DNA from: Octopus sinensis
Lineage: Eukaryota
Assembly: GCF_006345805.1 (NCBI RefSeq)
Contig: NC_043008.1
Span: 19,282,001 to 19,346,000, forward strand
Direction: 5' to 3'
DNA length: 64,000 nucleotides
Part shown: in pieces, positions 36,071-49,340 of the stretch
Position numbering within the stretch: the first letter of the stretch is position 1
How the letters are laid out: each line of letters opens with the position of its first letter
The notes under the pieces: model-generated
What the model was told of the DNA's origin: nothing
The model's input: only the letters and a program-made list of their open reading frames with translations
Databases searched by the model: none
Translations under genes and position numbers: made by a program

Positions 36071-39000
36071 TTAAAACATTTGACAGTCGAGATTGGCCTT
36101 CTTCAGGGCATGTGCAGAGAGAATATTGGTCTTTCTGGAACCGAAACCTGGATGATATGTGTCACAATTTGTTTGATTTTTACTTGCACAAGCACTGCTG
36201 GTGATAGAAATAGTGTTAGGTGACATATTAAAAAATAAATATATAGGCCCTTTTAAAAGCCTAGCCAGGCTCATGGGCCCGGTTTCCCAGTTTTAATGGC
36301 GTATGTGTTCCCCAGCTGGATGGGACGCCAGTCCATCACAGCGTTACTCATTTCTGCCAGCTGAGTGGACTGGAGCAACGTGAAATGAAGTGTTTTGCTC
36401 AAGAACACAACACGTCCCCCGGTCCAGGAATCGAAACCATAATCTTATGGTCATGATGCTGACACCCTAACCACTAAGCCACGTGCCTCCACAGGTGACA
36501 TATTACTGGACTATTTTTATATCTGTGATACAACATATTATGCATGTGGGTCATGAACAAATTTTTAAAAATCCCAGAAGTGGTGTCATTATAAAAAGAA
36601 TTATTGTTAGTTCTTGTCATAACAGATGCTGTTTAGGGGACTAATCTCCCAGTTTTCAAGGTAGGGGTTCTGGTTTATTTTATTTCACTTCTCCTACCAT
36701 TTCCAGAGAATTGTTTGTGGGAGACCTCAGCACATCACTGTTTATGTCCAAAGTGTATCAAGTGCAGGTGCGGTGCTTGGAATGCTAACATTCATGCACA
36801 TTCATACATGGTTGTGGGCACAGGTTTCACTATATGGTTAAAAAGTTTGCTTTCCAACCATGTTGTCTCAGGTTCAGTCCCACTTCATAACACCTTGGGT
36901 TGGTGTCTTCTACTATAGCCTCAGGCTAACCAAAGACTTGTGAATTAATTTGGTTGGTGGAAACTGAAAGAAGCTTTGTGTCTGTGTGTGTCTTTGATTT
37001 GTCATCATATGAGGGTTGTAGGTGAGTGTCATTGTCATACAGATATTACCTTGGAAACAGGTGAAGAGTTGGCAACAGCAAGAGCACCCGACCATAGAAA
37101 ATCTACTTCAGTAAACACCATCAGACCAATGATGATGATATTTAGCCTGGAATTTAGTCATCTTTAAACATCATTATTTTTTGTTTGTATATATGTATAT
37201 ATATATTGAAAACAAAACAAATTTATAAAATATTTAGTTGCACTATTTCATTAACAAAGAATAATCATTAATTATATCCAGCCTCGTCTGGCCCCCATGC
37301 TGGTGGCACGTAAAAAGCACCATCCGATCGTGGCCGTTTGCCAGCCTCGTCTGGCACCTGTGCAGGTGGCACGTAAAAAAACACCCACTACACTCACGGA
37401 GTGGTTGGCGTTAGGAAGGGCATCCAGCCGTAGAAACATTGCCAGATCAGACTGGGCCTGGTGCAGCCTTCTGGCTTCCCAGACCCCAGTTGAACTGTCC
37501 AACCCATGCTAGCATGGAAAGCGGACGCTAAACGATGAGGATGATGATGAACATCTGCTTTGTTAAATTGTTAATTTTTATGCAATGTAGCTTTTCATGT
37601 GACAACTCAATTCACAATGTTTTACAATATTGCTCAAACCAAACACTTATTGTTTCCTTTCAAAAAATACAAAGATTAGTTTTGATTTTGATTAATTTTT
37701 TAAGTGTTACTTTTGCAATGAAATTGTTAAAAACCTGCTAGGTGTGTGAAAATATTTCCTTTGTGGCATTGATTCATAGAAAATAGCCTGTGTGTGTACA
37801 ATGGTAGTTTTAAGCTATGTTGCAGTGGTTACATGCTGGGAGGATTATTCAATAAAAAAGTTAAAAGTAAAAGCAAGTAAAATATAATTCAGTCATAGTT
37901 TTGTACAATACTAGACTTTTATCTTATGCTTTATGCAATAACTAGAAACACCAACAAATACATCAACGAAGCTTGTATAGTTGTATAGACATACATAGAA
38001 GTCTTGTTTATATTGTAGCTTGTCCATTTGTATGAGCATGATAAAAATGGATGTAAAACTGATGGTAATAATGAACAAATCTTGCTTGAGTTTTATTTTA
38101 ATATGCAATTAAAACAAAACTAAGATACAAAGTGAAAAGAAAATGGAAATGCAAGCAACAAAATACAGTTAGTTTTACTGTGTATTTTTCAAGGATGTAG
38201 ATTTGTAATATTTCTGAAAATTTTACTTGGCAAGCATCTTCTACTATAGCCCCAGGCTGAACAAAGACTTGTGAGTGAATTTGGTTGATGGAAACTGTAA
38301 GAAACCGGGTGCATATATTCATATATAGACACAAGCGTGGTTGCATAGTAAGTTTGCTTCCAGACCACAAGGTTAAGGGTTCATTTTCACTTTGTGATCA
38401 TCTTGGGCAAGTGCCACCTGCAGTAGCCCTGGGTCTACCAATGCCTTGTGAATGGATTGAGTTGACGGAAACTGAAAGAAGCTCTGGAATAAAGACAGTA
38501 CAAACGGTCTGTAAGTTCTATAGAAAGAGGGTACCTGCTAGCATGGAGACATCGAGACAGGTTGTAGATTTGCTCATCCCAAGTCCCATGTGAGCAGTAC
38601 TCGTTTTGCTTGTCCCAAGGCCAGAGAGAACTGTCTCTAAAGTAGCCCCCAAAAAGGCGTTAATGCATTCCCAGAGAATATAGAACTTAGGAGGAAATGC
38701 TAATGAGGTATGTATACTAAAATCGTGAAGCATGTTACGTAATAACAGGCTAATCAGATATGAGGTAATAACAATTCAAAGTAAATAACTCTGAAAAGGG
38801 CTTTTTTTGCATTCCCAGAGAATATTACCCTTGGTGGCGCTAGTGTTGGTACATTCATGAATAAGTCACTAACCAAAATAAGTGGATCTATCGTGAACAG
38901 GTTGCGGTCTTAAAGCGACGAAAATATTTTGATAAATTAAACTTAAATGTTGAAGTGAATCGAACGGCTTTTGTGTGTTTCTTAAATGGCTTACAAACAC

Positions 39001-40184
39001 CTTCCACGCTGCAATTGTTTTCGTTTCAGCACACGATCTCAGATCAAATCATTTGCTATGCAAGTGCATCTCCGTAACTATTTACTTGTTTTATATACCT
39101 TCTTTCATATATATATATATATATACACAAGGAAGTTGCAGGATCAGATAGTGAACACAGAACAACCTTTGGCTTGCTGTGTTCCCAAAATGTACTGAGA
39201 ATGATAAAAAATCAAATATATATATATAAATATCTAAGAGCATTGTAAAGCAATCTCTTGTTTGCCAACTCTTGATTTCGTAAGAAATATAACAATGAGT
39301 GAAGCGAAACGGTTGTCCATGTCGGCTTCTACCAGATGCATTGCACCAGACAAGCTGCTGCTCGATTCTGTTGATGTTGCAGTATTTTACATTCTTAGTT
39401 TACTTACTTCAAGAATAGCGAAGGTTAAACAGATGCTGAGCAATGAGGGTAATATAGTACGTCTGCCTCTCTTTGTTTTGTCTCTAGATTGGCAACACAG
39501 ATGCATGTTAAGGCAGCATCTTTCACTTTTGCATAGAGAGAATTGTAAAGAATCTGGAGCAGTTAGTTGTCTGCTACATTGTTTTTTTTAGTAGGTGGAA
39601 TGTGTCAGACAGAGAAAAGGCTGCACCGTTTAATCATGTTTCTTTAGATCTTGGCTGAGTCGACTTGGCTCTCCATAATTCTTTGGGGGGATCGATAAAA
39701 TAATTACCAGTCAGAAGATACATAGGTTAGTTTAATTAACTGTACTCTCTTTACTCTTTTACTTGTTTCAGTCATTTGACTGCGGCCATGCTGGAGCACC
39801 GCCTTTAGTCGAGCAAATCGACCCCGGGACTTATTCTTTGTAAGCCCCGTACTTATTCTATCGTTCTCTTTTGCCGAACCGCTAAGAGATGGGGACGTAA
39901 ACACACCAGCATCGGTTGTCAAGCAATGCTAGAGGGAGAGGGACAAACACAGACACACAAACATACACACACACATACATATATACGACGGGCTTCTTTC
40001 AGTTTCCGTCTACCAAATCCACTCACAAGGCATTGGTCGGCCCGGGGCTATAGTAGAAGACACTTGCCCAAGATGCCACGCAGTGGGACTGAACCCGGAA
40101 CCATGTGGTTGGTAAACAAGCTACTTACCACACAGCCACTCCTGCGCCTATATACATAAGGTATGTACCTTATACATACCTTAT

Positions 40185-40600
40185 CTATTTCTTTACTACC
40201 CACAAGGGGCAAACACAGAGGGGACAAACAAGGACAGACAAACGGATTAAGTCGATTATATCGACCCCAGTGCGTAACTGGTGCTTATTTAATCGACCCC
40301 GAAAGGATGAAAGGCAAAGTCGACCTCGGCGGAATTTGAACTCAGAACGTAACCGCAGACGAAATACCTATTTCTTTATTACCCACAAGGGGCTAAACAC
40401 AGAGGGGACAAACAAGGTCAGACAAACGGATTAACTCGATTATATCGACTCCAGTGCGTAACTGGTACTTATTTAATCGACCCTGAAAGGATGAAAGGCA
40501 AAGTCGACCTCGGCGGAATTTGAACTCAGATCGTAACCGCAGACGAAATACTACTAAGCATTTCGCCCAGCATGCTAACGTTTCTACCAGTTCGCCGCCT
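40185..40600 (-). mobile_element. Head-to-tail dimer of SINE family A
   Basis: Two units joined by gacgaaatacctatttctttattacccacaagggg (~40358-40390). Confidence 0.88.
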
Positions 40601-40835
40601 TATACATACCTTATCAGTATGCGCTAATCCTCCTGATTCAGTAGTTAGAGCATTGGGTTCACAATCATGAGGTGGTAAGTTCAATCCCCGGACTGGGCTG
40701 CACATTGTGTTCTTGGGCAAAATATTTTATTTCCTGCTGTTCCAGTTCACTGAGCTGTGGAAATGAGTTGCGACATCACTGGTGCCAAACTGTTTTGACC
40801 TTTGCCCTTCTGTTGGGTAGCATCAGTGGCGTGGA

Positions 40836-41143
40836 ATATTTGAAGGATATTCGTCAACCAGGAGAATTCATCTACGAAGCAATTGCCCCAGCTCCCCTTC
40901 AGGGTTGGCGAAAGCGTTGCGGTGGACAACGAAAAACCTGGCTGATGACACGGTCAAGGCAGATCTGGAACCCAACCTAGGCCCCCATATCTATGGCGTT
41001 TGCCACTGGAATAAGGAGTGGTTGGAGATCACGCGGTCGTTAGCCTCAAATCGCCAGGCCTGGTTGGTGTTTGTGAGAGATGCAGCATTGAGGATGAACG
41101 AAGCCAGCTCAACCCACCCCGGGTGAATGCTGTAAGAAGAAGA
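40836..41143 (+). mobile_element. RTE 3' fragment with (AAG)n tail and 17-bp TSD inside a family F SINE
   Basis: agcatcagtgg(c/t)gtgga at 40819-40835 and 41144-41160; frames read WRKRCGGQRKTWL and TVKADLEP...ASNRQAW...STHPG*. Confidence 0.88.
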
Positions 41144-41907
41144 AGCATCAGTGGTGTGGAGAGGGGAGGCTGGTATGCATGGTTGACTGCTGGTCTTCCA
41201 TAATTAACCTTGCCCATACTTGTACCTTGGAGAGTAACTTTCTAGATGCAATCCTATGGTCATTTGTGACTGAACGGGATCTTTAATCAGTGGTTGTCCC
41301 TTTTTTATTGACTTTGTGCTTTTACATACCCAGATTCAATAATGGAAAATTTATCTTTTTTATGGTATAAAAACCGTGAAGAAAATATGTTCTTTTCTAG
41401 GTGAAAATTAGCGATAAAATTTTCACTTCACTTTTATATTTCGTAACTGTTATCCAACCTAGACCCATCGATTTTTATATCAAGATAGGGTAAAAATAGT
41501 CCTCCTCCTGACAGTATTCAACACAAATTGAGTTCTAATGCTCCAGCACATTGAGCTAAAACTGACTGCTATCATTCTACAGTCAGATCATAATATATAA
41601 TCAGGATAAATGTTGTGAATGGGTGGAAATACAAAGGTGATTGAAAGAACCTGGCATGATATGTAAGTGTTGGATTTTGATCAAAAATATATGAGAAGAA
41701 AGTTTACATCCAGAACTTTCAAATGATGCATAATAGTCTGTTGGGAAAAAAAAATGTATTTTGACCAGAAAATGATTTAACAAAAATTGTATTTTTGCAT
41801 GGTCAAAATAATTTTGTGTTTGTCTCCCCTTCTACAGTATTTAAGTTCGGATCGTTGGAGCACTACTATGTGTTTTTTATATTGAGCATCTCTAGATCTC
41901 ACCTGTT

Positions 41908-41943
<36 letters not shown>

Positions 41944-42367
41944 TTTTCTTTTCTTTTCCTTGTTTCAGTCATTTGACTGTGGCCATACTGGAGCACTGCT
42001 TTTAGTCGAGCAAATCGACCCCAAGACTTATTCTTTGTAAGTCTAGTACTTATTCTATCGGTCTCTTTTGCTGAACTGCTAAGTTACGGGGACGTAAACA
42101 CACCAGACACACAAACATACACACACACACATATATACATATATACGATGGGCTTCTTTCAGTTTCCGTCTACCAAATCCACTCACAAGGCTTTGGTCGG
42201 CCTGAGGCTATAGTAGAAGACACTTGCCCAAGGTGCCACACAGTGGGACAGAACCTAAAAGCATGTGGTTGGTAAGCAAACTTCTTACCACACAGCCACT
42301 CCTACGCCTATACTTATAAATACATATATAAATACATGCATACATACATACATTTATATACACATTA

Positions 42368-42753
42368 TCTCTCTCTATATAAACGGCAGTTTGTCTGTGC
42401 GTGTTTCTGTGTGTCTGTTTGCTTGTACCCTCACCCTGACCACGGCTTTCAACCGATTCTGATGAAACTTGACACACACATAGCCCAATGTCATAATTCA
42501 AAACTAACGCAGCGAAAATTTTGAAAAGTTCCCCCAGTTCTGAAAAAAATCGATAAATTCGACATGGGGTCGAGAATCAGGAATACGAACCACAAACTGT
42601 CTAGGGGACGCAACTCTACCTTTTTTAAATCTCAAACAAAAATTTACCATCATTTTTTTCCCATTTTTTTGCTATTTTTTGGCTATAACTCTCTAAAAAT
42701 GCTTTATAGTTATTTCCCTTACAAACCTGAGCAACGCCGGGCGATACTGCTAG
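42368..42753 (+). mobile_element. Non-autonomous Helitron
   Basis: A|TC 5' end; 3' subterminal cctgagcaacgccgggcg hairpin then CTAG|T. Confidence 0.88.
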
Positions 42754-43407
42754 TATACACATACATGCTCAGTGGTTAGAGCATCGGGCTTACAATTATG
42801 AGGTAGTGAGTTTGATTTCCAGACCAGCTCTTGAGCAAGACTCTTCATTTTACGTTGTTCCGGTTCACTCAGTTGTAGAAATGGATGGCGATGTCACTGA
42901 TGCCAAGCTGTGTCGGCCTTTGCCTTTCACTTGAATAATGGTCGGTGGCATGGAGAGGCTGATATACATGGGCAACTGCTGGTCTTCTGTAAACAACTTT
43001 GTTGGGGCTTGTGCTTCAGAGGGGAACTTTCTAGATGCAATCCCATGGTCATTCATGACCGAAGCGGGGTCTTTAACTGTTACCCTATTTACATACACAC
43101 ACGCACACATGATGGGTTTCTTTCAGTTTCCGCCTACCAGATATATTTGCAAGGCTTTGGCCAGCCCGAGGCTATAGTAGAAAAAAAGAATGTGCAAGGT
43201 GCTGTGTCGTGGGATTGAAACTGGAACCATGTGGTTAGGAAACAAGCTTCTTATCACACAGCCGTATCCATTCATATAATCACTATTCTTTTCTGTCAAC
43301 AACTACCTATTTGCTGCTTTGTGTGTGTGTGTATGTGTGTGTTGTGCAGTTGGGTCAATGATCAATGAAAAATCTGAACATGTTCTTTATAAAACTCCTG
43401 GTGTTTA

Positions 43408-43791
43408 TCTCTCTCTATATAAACGGCAGTTTGTCTGTGTGTGTGTCTGTGTGTCTGTCAGGTTGTACCCTCACCCTGACCACGGCTTTCAACCGATTCT
43501 GATGAAACTTGACACACACATAGCCCAATGTCATAATTCAAAACTAACGCAGCGAAAATTTTGAAAAGTTCCCCCAGTTCTGAAAAAAATCGATAAATTC
43601 GACATGGGGTCGAGAATCAGAAACCCAAACCACAGACCGTCTAGGGGACGCAACTCCACCTTTTTTAACTCTCAAAAAAATTTACCATCATTTTTTTTCC
43701 ATTTTTTTGCTATTTTTTGGCTATAACTCTCTAAAAATGCTTTATAGTTATTTCCCTTACAAACCTGAGCAACGCCGGGTGATACTGCTAG
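43408..43791 (+). mobile_element. Non-autonomous Helitron, near-identical to 42368-42753
   Basis: A|TC ... gagcaacgccgggtgatactgCTAG|T; flanks differ from the first copy. Confidence 0.88.
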
Positions 43792-44333
43792 TTCTTTTAT
43801 ATTTTTGGAACCAGAAATTAGATGGCGGTTGATGAACATGTTATGATGTAAGTTCGAATAGAGAAAATACAAGCACAAACAAGTTAATGCCTCTGTGTGT
43901 GTGTGTGTGTGTGTGTTGCGGTGGGTGGTCTTTTCAAAAATAAATCTTAGTCATTATTATTATTATTATTGTTATAGATATCTTGCACATTACTGCTGTG
44001 TCACCGCTTCAATAAACTTCGTTTACACCTGCTAACAAGAGAACTTCTACATGGACACTTAACCTGCTGAAAATAGCAGCCAGAAATTACCCTCAAGTCA
44101 CATCTTACTACCCGTTTTTAAAAATTTTATTTTTAAAGAAAAGGTTGTAAGGGAAAATGGAGTTTTAGTTGGAATGGTCGTGGCTGGAATGCTTTTCATT
44201 ATAAATCTGAGCCTGACATGAGATCAAGTATCCACTCTATAACTTACTCTGATTATTCAATGTTGTAACTAATAAATATATAATACATGACCCAGATACT
44301 GATAATTTTTTTTGTTTTTGTATTGTTTGTTAG

Positions 44334-44498
44334 CTTGCCTGCCTACAAAAACTGTCCTGCTTCAATCGACCCTACAACCTGAAGTGTGATATGAGGAATA
44401 GCAAGTTCCAACAGACACCATCTCATCTTGCAGCTTATGCTGGTCACCCCCATTGCCTTCAGTGGTTACTGCAGTCAAATGCTGAAATTAATGCTCGG
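44334..44498 (+). CDS. ANKRD10: ANKRD10-like coding exon 2 (LACLQKL...QTPSHLAAYAGHPHCLQWLLQSNAEINAR)
   Basis: T-rich tract and TAG acceptor ending 44333; donor CGG|GTAAGA at 44498/44499; 165 nt, phase 0/0; ankyrin motif continues in frame from FGK. Confidence 0.92.
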
Positions 44499-45331
44499 GT
44501 AAGATTTTTTTTTCTAAAGATAGTGAATATTTGTTCTTGTTCTATTCTTTTGCTCTTTTACTGGCTCCAGTCATTAAACTTTTGTGTGGCACCGCACGGT
44601 GCAGCATCTCGTAAAATTGCCTTTGAAGTTCCATCTAAAGGTGCCTCTGTGGCACCATGTAAAAGCACCTGTGCAGTGCCACATAGAAGTGCCTGTATTA
44701 GTTGTGACCCCCTTCGGTCATGAATGACCATGGGATTGCACCTAGAAAGTTACCCTCTGAGGTACAAGTCCAGCCAAGGTTGTTTGTGGAAGGCCAGCAG
44801 TCACTCATGCATACCAGCGTCCCCTTTCCACGCCACCGATGTTATCCAAGGGAAAGGTAAAGACCGATACAACTTGGAACCAGTGACAACGCAGCTCATT
44901 GCAGCAATGTTATGTCAGTGACACCCGTGCTGGTGGCACATATAAAGCACCCACTACAATCTTGTAGTGGTTGGCATTAGGAAGGGCATCCAGCCTTAGA
45001 AACCATTGCCAAATCAGATTGAAACCTGGTGCAGCTCCCTGGCTTACCGGTTTTCAGTAAAACCATCCAACCCATGGAAAGCAGGCATTAAATGATGATG
45101 ATGATGCTGATGAATTGAAACAAATGCAATGCATTTCTTCAAAAAATGTGGTGACTAAAACAGGGGTTAAAATGCCAAGCCCATCAACTCCAGTGCTTTT
45201 TGCAATGTGATCCTTAATTCATTAGTTTCTGTTGGTTGAATGGTTGTTACAATTTGAGGTAATGATGCACAGCTTGATGTATTTGTCTTAACTCTTTAGC
45301 TTTCAGATTTTTTGGTCATATATGTTGCTTA

Positions 45332-45799
45332 CTGTAAATCCTCGAGTATAATCCGCATTTTTTCCCCAAAATTTAAACGTCAAAATCACTAGTGCGTACT
45401 ATATACGAGGTTAAAAATGAAAATTATTTTCTAAGCAATGTCCAAGTCTCTATTTGCTGTCTGGCTATGTTTATTCAACCGCATTTTGTGACGTCAGGCG
45501 CGAAAATACTTTAAATCAAATCATCCGTAACTTGCAGTAAGCAACATTTATTAAACGTTATTACTGTTATTTCTCTATTTTCTGCAAACAAAATGCACAA
45601 AAAAGCTACACGTTTGCATTATGTTATATATACAATATTAATAAAGGACGTTACCGTATACTTTTTTACAAACCAAGGATGTTATATAGACCTCCTAGAC
45701 TCAAGTTAGAGAAGGGGTGCGTATAATACACAAGATTTAGGTTTTTAAGAGGTACAGCCCCCTAAAAATCCCCTGTGTAATATACTCGAGGATTTTCGG
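45332..45799. mobile_element. Tc2/pogo-like MITE with TA TSD
   Basis: TA|CTGTAAATCCTCGAGTATA ... TATACTCGAGGATTTTCGG|TA. Confidence 0.8.
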
Positions 45800-46302
45800 T
45801 AGTCACTTATATTGTTTTGAATTAAAATCATGCATTATCTTGTAGCTTCAAGATTTCAGTGGAGAGTTTGTATGTTTTTAGAATGGCATTGCAGTGCAGG
45901 TGTGAGAGGTTGGATCTGGGCAGTTTTAACGTAAAACGGGTAGAATGACTGGGCTGGATATGGACGGATTAACTGCTACAGGGTTAATCTGGTACACACG
46001 CACATGCACACACATGCAGTAATCTGAATGCTAAAGGGTTGAACTGGCCTTGTCTGACCCTTCACATCAATCCTACAATATCATTCCAAAAATTAAGTTA
46101 CCTCATCAAAATCTCATAGTTATGAGATTATACAGGTTTAATTCAAAGCAGTGTGAATAAATAAACATTACATTTGACAGATGAATGTGAATGCTAATAG
46201 GTTAAGCAATACTGTAACCACTATATGATCCAATATTTGCCTTTATGCTTTAAAGCTAAATAAATGTTGAGTACCCTAGCCCCATCTTAAAAGGTAAACC
46301 CT

Positions 46303-46732
46303 ATTGTTCTTGGTCTCAAGCATTTGTCTTATGAAGAAAGGCTGAAGACGCTCGACCTTTATTCTCTAGAAAAACGACGACGCCGTGGTGATCTCATTCT
46401 TGCTCACAACATCATAAGCGGAAAGTGTAACCTCTTGAAAGAGCTGTTCTTCACTCCTGCTCCAGAGCATCGGCTGCGGGGCACTCTGAAAAGCTCTATC
46501 TGCGACGATTTCATCTCAATCGAAGGAGAGGGGCTTTCTCCGTCTGGGTTGCGGATCTGTGGAACAAGCTGCCGGACAAGATAGCGAAGATGCCGATGAC
46601 CGCTCGGTTCAAAGTCTCCCTTGACCACAAATGGCCTGAACTCTTTGCATGCACACCACCCTGTATATAACTCCATGTCCCCCTACATGGCCTTGCTCTT
46701 TGCTTTTTGAGCCAAAAAATTAACTTAACTTA
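46303..46732 (+). mobile_element. CR1 LINE 3' fragment, (TAACT)n tail
   Basis: VLGLKHLSYEERLKTLDLYSLEKRRRRGDLILAHNI; 1-nt deletion frameshift near 46480. Confidence 0.92.
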
Positions 46733-46813
46733 AAAGAAAATATTGAAACATTTGAAATTCATTATTTTGAACGAGAATTTATTATTTGTGAATGTTTTGT
46801 TGTACTTTGTCAG

Positions 46814-46905
46814 GACTATCTCGGTGAAACCCCACTTCATAAAGCTGCCAGCACCGGTACTTTGGATTGTGTCAGCTTACTGATCTCTTATCAAGCATCA
46901 CTTGG
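46814..46905 (+). CDS. ANKRD10: ANKRD10-like coding exon 3 (DYLGETPLHKAASTGTLDCVSLLISYQASLG)
   Basis: ctttgtcag acceptor ending 46813; donor GG|GTAAGT at 46905/46906; GETPLHKAA ankyrin motif; 92 nt, phase 0/2; not in the ORF track. Confidence 0.92.
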
Positions 46906-47295
46906 GTAAGTTAACCATCTTCTTTGATGTAATATATAATAATAATTGCTTTGATTTAAAAGCATTTGGGTTTTGCGTGTATATTGTGCTGATTTACCTT
47001 ATGTGGTTGCCTTCTTTTGGGAGTTTATTTACTATGTGAAAAATCTTCAAATTCAATGTTGTAGTGTACAGATACTTGGTATTGCCTTCTTACAGCATGG
47101 CCTGATGTTTCAACTTTTGTCTCTTCAGATAACCCTCACCTTATTTCTCCTTGTATTTCGGTATTCATCACCAGCATAATAATCCTCCTTACTATACACA
47201 CGGGGCCTGAACTTTTGTGGACTTAAATTCAGAACTTGAAGAAGTGCTATTAAACATTTTGTCCAATACATTAAGAATTCTGCCAGCTTGCTGCC

Positions 47296-47331
<36 letters not shown>

Positions 47332-49119
47332 GTTTCAAATTTTGGCACAAGGTCCAGCAATTGCACAGGTGAGGTGGGGGAGGGGCTAGTTGATTTCATT
47401 GACACCAATACTCAACTGGTTCTTATGTTATCAACCTTGAAAGGATGAAAAGTAGTTGACCTCAGCGGAATTTGAACACGGAACATAAAAAAATAGACAA
47501 AACATTGCTAAGCATTTTGCTTGGCATGCTAACAATTCTATCAGACCACCACCAACAACAGCAACAATAACAACAACAACAACAAATAATAGCAATAATA
47601 ATAATAACAATAAGGATAATTTTAAAAGAAGTAGTGGCAGATACTGGTGTTATGTTAACTGGTGCCAGTGGCATGCAAACACACCCTGGTGTCATGCAAA
47701 TGACACCCGTGCCAGTGGCATATAAAAGCACCCACTACACTCTTGGAGTGGTTGGCATTAGGAAGGGCATTCAACCATAGAAAACTATGCCGAATCATAC
47801 AAGTCTGGTGCAGCCTTCTAGTATACCAGCCCAGTCAAACCATTCACCCCATGCCAGTACAGACAACAGACGTTAAATGATGATGATGGTTGAAGTCATC
47901 ATCCTCATCATTGTTATTTTCATTGGTATTATTGTTATCACCATCACCGTTATAATATCTACCATTTTCTATTGAGATGAACCCTGACTTTCATTCTTCC
48001 AAGGTTGCTAAACACAAGTGCTTGTAACAATCCCTGGCCTTGTACCTAATTTGTAAACTATTATCATTATGAAGGTCAGTGAAATGACAGAGTTGTTAAA
48101 GCATCTGACAAAATACATAATAGTATTTAGCTACAGTTCTTTACAGTGTGGTGGAGGCACATGGCCTAGTGGTTAGAGCAGCGGACTCGCAGTTGAGGGA
48201 TCGCGGGTTCGAATCTCAGACTGGGCGATGTGTGTGTTTATGAGCGAAACACCTAAGCTCCACGCAGCTCTGGCAGAAAGTAATGGCGAACCTCTGCTGA
48301 CTCTTTTGCCACGATTTTCTCTCACTCTTTCCTCCTGCATCTTGCAGCTCACCTGTGACGGACCGGCGTCCCGTCCAGGTGGGGAACCTATACGGCAAGG
48401 AAACCAGGAAACTGGTCCTAATGAGCCAGGCATAGCTCGAGAAGGAACAAACAACCTTACAGTCTGAGTTCAAATCCTAGTACAGTCAGTTTTGCCTTTC
48501 ACCCTTTTGGGGTTGATAAAATGAAATGCTGGTCAAGTATTGGGCTCAGTGGTATTGACAAACTCCTTTTCTTGTGTGGTTAAGAAGTTTCCTTCCCAAC
48601 TATGTGGTTTGGGGTTCAGTCCTATTGTGTGGTAGCTTGGGGAATGTATTCTACTCTAGCCCTGGGCCAGCGAAAGCCTTGTTAGTGGATTTCATAGGGA
48701 GAATCTGAAAGAATCCCATTATGTGTGTGTGTCATCATCATCATCATCACCGGGAAACAAGGTGGAGAGCTGGCAGAATTGTTAGCAACGCTGGGTGAAA
48801 TGCTTAACAGTATTTCGTCTGCTATTACATTCTGAGTTCAAATTCCCCCAAGGTCAACTTTGCCTTTCATCCTTTCGGGTGCGATAAATTAAGTACCAGT
48901 TACACACTGGGGTCGATGTAATCGACTTAATCTCTTTGTCTGTCCTTATTTGTCCCCTCTATGTTTATCCCCCTTGTGGGCAATAAAGAAATTAAAAAAA
49001 AAGAAATAAGTGCATAGACAAAACATACACTCAGTCTGGGGTGTTGGTAGCATTTACATCATCAGGGTAGCTTGTAATTTAAAATTTGATTTTCTTTTAA
49101 TTGTGCAGCGCTGTTGCAC

Positions 49120-49340
49120 ATCACCCTATTTGCATATATACCTCAGACATCTGCAATTCCAATTCGGTTCGAGGTGATTTGGGTATACGATATTGAAGAG
49201 CTGAAATAACGGCCCTTTGCTCTTGTTCTTCACCTCCACAGTGAGTTGTCTTTCTTGATTTAAGATATCCAGTACTTTTTTGTTTCAACACTCAGCGTCT
49301 GAAAGAGACTTTTCTAAACCCCTCCCCTTCCAGTGTCTCC
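49120..49340 (-). pseudogene. Possible Tigger/pogo HTH remnant
   Basis: - frame TLSVETKKVLDILNQERQ resembles the psq-type HTH start of Tigger transposases; short and degenerate. Confidence 0.25.

Noticed and set aside
42455-42470. CTGATGA in the Helitrons and in (GAT)n tails
   Set aside because: No stem I/II geometry; part of ordinary element sequence.
47100-47140. - strand CTGAAGA..GAAACATC hammerhead-like motif (similar at ~3720-3770 and ~36075-36115)
   Set aside because: Stem I cannot be formed or GAAA is lost; too degenerate to call.
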